A stretch of DNA of 64,000 bases from the IMG/VR virus record IMGVR_UViG_3300027754_000048, one strand, 5' to 3'. The notes below the pieces were generated by a model. The model was not told the DNA's origin and did not search any database. It saw only the letters and a program-made list of their open reading frames with translations. The translations under genes and the position numbers were made by a program. The stretch is from a virus. Shown one piece after another: positions 59,801 through 64,000 of the stretch (its first letter is position 1; the number at the start of each line of letters is the position of its first letter).

Positions 59801-61323
59801 ATGATTTACAAAAGCAATACGACAAGGAAACAGACAAAGTAAAAAAGGTAAAACTTAAAAAAAAATTAAACAAGGAAAAGGTTTCTTTGTCTGAAATATT
59901 TGAAAATGAAAAAACTAAAACTGCACTTGCCCTAACTCCCGAAGTCATGTCAGCTCTTGCAGCAATTAGCATCGACTTTGATCCTTTTGCTCCGTGTTGT
60001 AAAAAGGAAACTTTTTCTCTTGGTCTTACTGTGAGTCCCGCATTGCCAATATTTTTAGCTGCACGCGCTACACTTGATGCTGCAGTTAATTCACTTAGCG
60101 CGCAAGATCTTAAATCTTTATTTGGAGGTAAAACAAAAGTTTCTACTAGAGAAATTACAACAGCTTATCTTTCCCTAATTAAAAAAAATATTCCCACTAG
60201 TTTAGAGATTCCTCTTCCGGATCTTAATCTACTTTCATTTGCAAAAGCATTTTCGGGTTTACTTATTTCATTATACGAGATAAAAGCACCAAACGCTGCA
60301 GCACAGCCTGCTTTACCAAAAAGTATTACACTTGACTTAAATCTTTTAAAGAAACCTCTTCTAATCCTACTCTTATCTTTTCTTGAAAACTGTTTACCTG
60401 ACCCTACTACTATACCGCCGACTAATATTTCTACAACATCCTCTGCAAGTTCATCAGATACATCCCCTTCTCCAAAGTCTTTAACTAATTTACCTAGTTC
60501 AAATCCAAATACCACAACTCCACTGGATCCTACTATCAATATTGTTACGTGTGATCCTTCTACAACTGAAGATACTATACTTTCAGATGGAACATACAAT
60601 CCAGCCAATCTTCATTCTGGTCGACCTAATTATACTCAGTCTTCTAACTCATCAGCCTATAGTTCAGGTAATGTTATTATAAATTCAAAAAAGGATATTT
60701 TACCTAATTTTCAGACATTAGATTTAGATTTTCTAAGTGTTAATCCTGGTGACCTCTTAGTTATTCTAAAAAACTTTATTGAATTAAAATTCGATGAAGT
60801 AGAAAAACTTTTAGATCCATTTTATAGTTTACTTAATATTGTTAAGGGAGCAAAAGGGGTTAATTTGAATCTACTTGAATTTACTCAGCACAAGATTCCA
60901 CCTACTGGTCCGCCTGCTGAAGCTACCTTTTTTGCCATAACTAAAGCCAAGGCTTTTGCTCCACGTTCTGCTAATTTTAAAATGATAGATGTTGACATCG
61001 TCAAACAAAAAGTTGCTCTACTTGAGCCCGCTTTATCTGCTATTTCTGCAACCGCTCCAATCTTAGCCGCTGCTGCTGGTGCAGCAGATGCAGTTTTGCC
61101 AAACTTAAAATCTCCAAAAATTGATACTACTACCGGAGGATTTAAGACAATTGATAAAAAAGCTGCTACTTTTGCCCTAAGACAAATAAATCCATTATTA
61201 AGTCAAGATGATGTCCCTCCTTGGGAAAGAATGAGCGTTAAAAACGTGCTATTTGTGCTATTTCTAGATGAATTTGTTGCTACCGGAGCAGATCAAGTAG
61301 GATTTTTCAGATCTTACATATAA
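56818..61323 (+). CDS. Giant hypothetical late protein
   Basis: 1501 aa, TTG start, coiled coils, central hydrophobic Pro-rich segment (YWPVGIIIPYPGGLIKIPLPIMWIPL), Lys-rich and S/T/P linkers. Confidence 0.7.
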   Translation: MTSALDLLINEVANVLGISPDEVKAKFTEDQLKDLLNSVWCEPIDELGIPIDSLEAPCEDLAIPNLLPAIELEAELENILTKAKAKEKQDPTKCVQKIDDVNSIVSKQIDEYQQHKNLLEKLIEYRDNYSPVVEYFKERANETARLLGVFDPLLIEERRLSALIPTLKDQRKAIEESVTTTYVPQAILDRLALIDSQIDDVQSRLQDTQDALSTLEKNEYGVGANNSSLIGNSYYNSVLQYQENSGNSFEFYIKQYFNQYISYSELQEYQDQVKAYSECLTVYDDARPINSIQDVVENSYFTFKLAFIQLNGIKLQKEVVEKSTGARKIEKYNFPIKGNPILQKDSFFNSSSIFSLTEFNITPGQTVTGKIYTQYYNLFEDPVNNFFSPSDRGLTSSINLVDPKLKGTGAEMKREKNAQYYIQNLDLMQDFYQNFENSFEVKKAEKRAQVIDTGLAALKINLGVVARKEAKLLLALGKVNYYLPEENPNLQTIVDGLTQKNNQFLQAAAELDEEIARISLKVEELKPSVEKTKSLLKSYSPECFDKIDQPITGCNDVKSQLGVDPFFTKTLNGIDPTLPTSNQMCYWVEFAKMATFIGLLPMPNGAKVGQLRYWPVGIIIPYPGGLIKIPLPIMWIPLLTISTPLGNIVFFLTINGVFISPVVFLVSNSGFKQHIITVKGPSEKFGYTGEDESIKPEIHIPLSILSAKDKATRLLNESSLGPNYNLNDSEKQQLSRQQTILKAREESANATGNENKKLKTAREKKNLENSTSNVKRYEKMEKIVNKVDSAKDAIEDAKRAILNRLDDLGKPSLNNSNKTKEKIVSRREKLLSQLKEALVIGDEPQIISIRKQLESDGIELSEKIDAIKSDMITYYDRIKFPKIVIPKDSSTIDLKQNAIAEIVDKIREFANIHKTQFFSKESARVKNIFLVQLAKNKEKIRENNSNLTDSDGLIDVDKNPEKVKTFLLKANKTIVDAASGKGATGNSSDKRKKIDDLQKQYDKETDKVKKVKLKKKLNKEKVSLSEIFENEKTKTALALTPEVMSALAAISIDFDPFAPCCKKETFSLGLTVSPALPIFLAARATLDAAVNSLSAQDLKSLFGGKTKVSTREITTAYLSLIKKNIPTSLEIPLPDLNLLSFAKAFSGLLISLYEIKAPNAAAQPALPKSITLDLNLLKKPLLILLLSFLENCLPDPTTIPPTNISTTSSASSSDTSPSPKSLTNLPSSNPNTTTPLDPTINIVTCDPSTTEDTILSDGTYNPANLHSGRPNYTQSSNSSAYSSGNVIINSKKDILPNFQTLDLDFLSVNPGDLLVILKNFIELKFDEVEKLLDPFYSLLNIVKGAKGVNLNLLEFTQHKIPPTGPPAEATFFAITKAKAFAPRSANFKMIDVDIVKQKVALLEPALSAISATAPILAAAAGAADAVLPNLKSPKIDTTTGGFKTIDKKAATFALRQINPLLSQDDVPPWERMSVKNVLFVLFLDEFVATGADQVGFFRSYI

Positions 61324-61382
61324 ATATCTAAAACTTGTAATCCAAGTAATTGTATAAACCTACTAGACACACTATTTAAAAT

Positions 61383-62555
61383 ATGACAACCCTCGATCTT
61401 TCTCTGGACGTTTTTGAAAATTATGGCAAGTATAATACTTCCATAAAACTAAATGATTCAGATAGAAAAAACAAAACCAAAATTTATTGCAAAGAAAGCT
61501 ATGCTCAGAGACTATACGATTCATTAAATTCTTTTGAAAAAACAGGTAATTTTTCCCTAGGAAAAAAGGATCTGTCAGAAGGAGAAGTTTGTAAAGTACG
61601 CGCTAGAGTTATTTCATATGATGATAAAATGATTTATGCAGAAGACTTGCAGTCTGGGTGTAATATCTCAGTTCCATTTCGTGAATATTCAAGAGACCTT
61701 GAAACTCTTGCATCCGATAGTTCTTTATATGAATTCTTAGTAACTATTTATAAAACTACTCCTCACGGAGAATTTTTTGGTTCAGAAAAGAAAGCATTAT
61801 CGATTTCTTATAAGCAAGAATTATTTGATCACTTAACTAACTCAACCTGGTTTGATATAAAAATCGTTCGTCTAATCAAGGGAGGATATCTTGCGCTATA
61901 CAAAAAAGAAATAGAATGCTTTATTCCTGGATCCCATGCCGCAGCAAATGTTGTGCATAACTTCAGCGATCTTTTAGGTAAAACGTTAACTGTCATGGTA
62001 GATAACTATGACAAGGCAAACAACCTTTTCATTCTTTCCTATAAGAAATATGTAGCTGCATCTATGCCAACTATGGTAACCGAGTTACAATTTGATAAAG
62101 AATACGTTGGAACTCTTACAAATGTTCCTTATGATTTTGGAGTATTCGTTGAGTTTGAAAACTATTATACAGGTCTTATTCATAAGTCTGAGTTTGAAGA
62201 TTACGAGATAATTCGTAAGAGAATGAAGACTGGTGACACTATCAAGATCTACGTTAAAGACGTTACTTCCAAAAATGGACAGTACCGCATTGTTCTTACC
62301 CTAAATAAGGATCAAGTAAATAACGAAAAATTGCAGTGGCAATCTTTACGTAATCGCACTGAAAATCAAAGCTTTGAGTATAAAGTTGATGAGAACAAGA
62401 ATGCAATATCAATTGATATTGACGGGGAGAATTTTGAAGTTTCGTTACGTCGTAAAGACCTTGACAAGAATCTAAGTAGATTCCCATATGTTAAGGTATA
62501 TAAAGTTGATGCAATAAATAAACGACTTAGATTTGAATTTGTTGAGGAGAGATAA
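61383..62555 (+). CDS. Ribosomal protein bS1-like protein (about three S1 domains)
   Basis: LIKGGYLALY..IECFIPGSH (bS1 D2-like) and YDFGVFVEF...GLIHKSEF (D3-like); degenerate D1. Confidence 0.8.
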   Translation: MTTLDLSLDVFENYGKYNTSIKLNDSDRKNKTKIYCKESYAQRLYDSLNSFEKTGNFSLGKKDLSEGEVCKVRARVISYDDKMIYAEDLQSGCNISVPFREYSRDLETLASDSSLYEFLVTIYKTTPHGEFFGSEKKALSISYKQELFDHLTNSTWFDIKIVRLIKGGYLALYKKEIECFIPGSHAAANVVHNFSDLLGKTLTVMVDNYDKANNLFILSYKKYVAASMPTMVTELQFDKEYVGTLTNVPYDFGVFVEFENYYTGLIHKSEFEDYEIIRKRMKTGDTIKIYVKDVTSKNGQYRIVLTLNKDQVNNEKLQWQSLRNRTENQSFEYKVDENKNAISIDIDGENFEVSLRRKDLDKNLSRFPYVKVYKVDAINKRLRFEFVEER

Positions 62556-62609
62556 CTATAAAATTTCTCTCTGACCCTCCGATTCGGTTAATCAACAGAT
62601 AAATAATCA

Positions 62610-62691
62610 AGACAATAAGTCGTATACCCAAGTCATCTTACTGGTTGTAAATCAGACTGTTGGCTATGCCAGTAGTGGGCTATTGTTGTCT
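62610..62691 (+). ncRNA. Candidate structured RNA in the nrdB leader
   Basis: Nested stems AGACAATAA/TTGTTGTCT, CCCA/TGGG, TTACTGG/CCAGTAG; begins about 5 nt after AGATAAATA (62597-62605). Confidence 0.35.
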
Positions 62692-62709
62692 AAAATAAGT
62701 AGAAAAAAT

Positions 62710-63720
62710 ATGAAGCAAAGCACTCTCTTTACTGAACGGGTTGAATACAAACCATTTGAATATCCAGTGTATTACACAGAAGGCTGGCTCAAGCAAGCAC
62801 AAGCATTTTGGCTGCATACTGAGATTTCTATGCAAGGCGATATCAAAGACTGGAATGAAAACCTAAACCCTTCTGAAAAGAACCTTGTCGGTACTATCCT
62901 ATTGGGCTTTGCTCAAACTGAATGCGCCGTGTCTGATTATTGGACTGGAATGGTGTCTAAATGGTTTCCAAAACACGAAATCAGACAAATGGCAATGATT
63001 TTTGGTTCACAAGAAACAATACATGCAGTTGCCTATTCCTACTTAAATGAAACACTCGGCCTTGAAGATTTTAAAGCTTTTTTAAAGGAACCTGCAACAT
63101 CAGCCAAGTTCGAATTTTTAATGGAAACAGCATCGGATTATACACATGAAGATCTTTTAAGTTCATTTGAAGCTAGAAAAGACGTTGCTCGTTCATTAGC
63201 TATTTTTTCAGCATTTGCAGAAGGAGTTTCTCTATATTCATCTTTTGCTGTTTTATATTCCTTTCAAATGAGAAATCTTTTAAAAGGAATTGGTCAACAG
63301 ATGAAATGGTCCGTTCGCGATGAATCTTTACACTCTAAAATGGGCTGTCAATTATTTAGACACATGTGTGAAGAATATCCTGAACTTAAAGACGCAGTAG
63401 AAGCACAGATCTATGACGCTGCCAAACTAATGGTTGATTTGGAAATGAACTTCATCGATAAGATGTTTGAAATGGGAGATCTTGAAAATTTAAAAGCGTA
63501 TGAGCTTAAACAGTTTATCAAGAAACGTGCAAACGAAAAATTAAATGAATTGGGTTATCTGGGTATTTTTGATATAGACGATGCAGGTGCTGATAAACTA
63601 GAATGGTTTTATCATCTCACTGGTGGACATACTCATACAGATTTTTTTGCAATTCGCCCAACTGATTATTCAAAAGCTGGTGAAGACGAGAATTGGGACG
63701 AAGATTCTTTATTTAGTTAA
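62710..63720 (+). CDS. nrdB: Ribonucleotide reductase class Ia beta subunit
   Basis: YKPFEYP, AFWLHTE, QETIHAVAYS, FAEGVSLYSSF, VRDESLH di-iron motifs; ATG 62710 is the likely start. Confidence 0.95.
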   Translation: MKQSTLFTERVEYKPFEYPVYYTEGWLKQAQAFWLHTEISMQGDIKDWNENLNPSEKNLVGTILLGFAQTECAVSDYWTGMVSKWFPKHEIRQMAMIFGSQETIHAVAYSYLNETLGLEDFKAFLKEPATSAKFEFLMETASDYTHEDLLSSFEARKDVARSLAIFSAFAEGVSLYSSFAVLYSFQMRNLLKGIGQQMKWSVRDESLHSKMGCQLFRHMCEEYPELKDAVEAQIYDAAKLMVDLEMNFIDKMFEMGDLENLKAYELKQFIKKRANEKLNELGYLGIFDIDDAGADKLEWFYHLTGGHTHTDFFAIRPTDYSKAGEDENWDEDSLFS

Positions 63721-63738
63721 CAAAAGAAAATTAATTTT

Positions 63739-64000
63739 ATGACTGACGTAAATTATGGCGCCGACCACGGTTGGGAGATAGGAGTTCACTTTCCAGTATG
63801 GGCAAATACTGAAGTTTATGTAAAAACAGTATCTAAAGGATACTTGCTTGCTGGAGAAACTCCAAAAGATGCATATTGGAGAGTTTCTACAGCGATTGCA
63901 AAAAGACTCGGTAAACCTGAGCTAGCCTCTAAGTTTTTCGATTATATTTTTAAAGGCTGGCTGAATCTAGCAACACCAGTATTTTCAAATACTGGAACAG
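63739..64000 (+). CDS. nrdA: Ribonucleotide reductase class Ia alpha subunit (5' part, truncated by window end)
   Basis: Manual translation: MTDVNYGADHGWEIGVHFPVWANTEVYVKTVSKGYLLAGETPKDAYWRVS...GWLNLATPVFSNTGT. Confidence 0.88.
   Translation, partial: MTDVNYGADHGWEIGVHFPVWANTEVYVKTVSKGYLLAGETPKDAYWRVSTAIAKRLGKPELASKFFDYIFKGWLNLATPVFSNTGT

Noticed and set aside
62641-62655. tRNA-Tyr (CTGG-TTGTAAA-TCAG resembles an anticodon arm)
   Set aside because: No D-arm GG, no TTCGA T-loop and no acceptor stem; kept only as part of a candidate structured RNA.

Overview
AT-rich segment of a large T4-like (jumbo/huge) myovirus genome. The host is probably Bacteroidota: there are no Shine-Dalgarno sites, leaders are A-rich, and the RNR and lipoprotein are Bacteroidota-type. 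Positions 1-51.7 kb are mostly minus-strand morphogenesis genes: TerS/TerL, baseplate gp6-, gp26- and gp51-like, tail tube, gp15, gp14, giant wedge/fibre proteins and the gp55-like late sigma factor. This part also carries an ECF-like sigma, a RuvC-like resolvase and a glycosyltransferase + MBD4-like glycosylase + FkbM methyltransferase cluster. Positions 51.9-64 kb are plus-strand: UvsE, two nucleases, GroEL, a 1501-aa unknown, a ribosomal-protein-S1-like protein, nrdB and the start of nrdA. A T4-late-type NATAAATA motif precedes many late genes. The best candidates for novelty are: a canonical -1 frameshift site adding an SH3-like basic tail to a probable head protein; the GT/MBD4/FkbM modification module; a tail-collar domain split by two CBM-like domains; capsid-targeting-like leaders; a structured RNA before nrdB; and complete absence of TAG stops. 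All assignments come from motif recognition by eye; no database searches were run.
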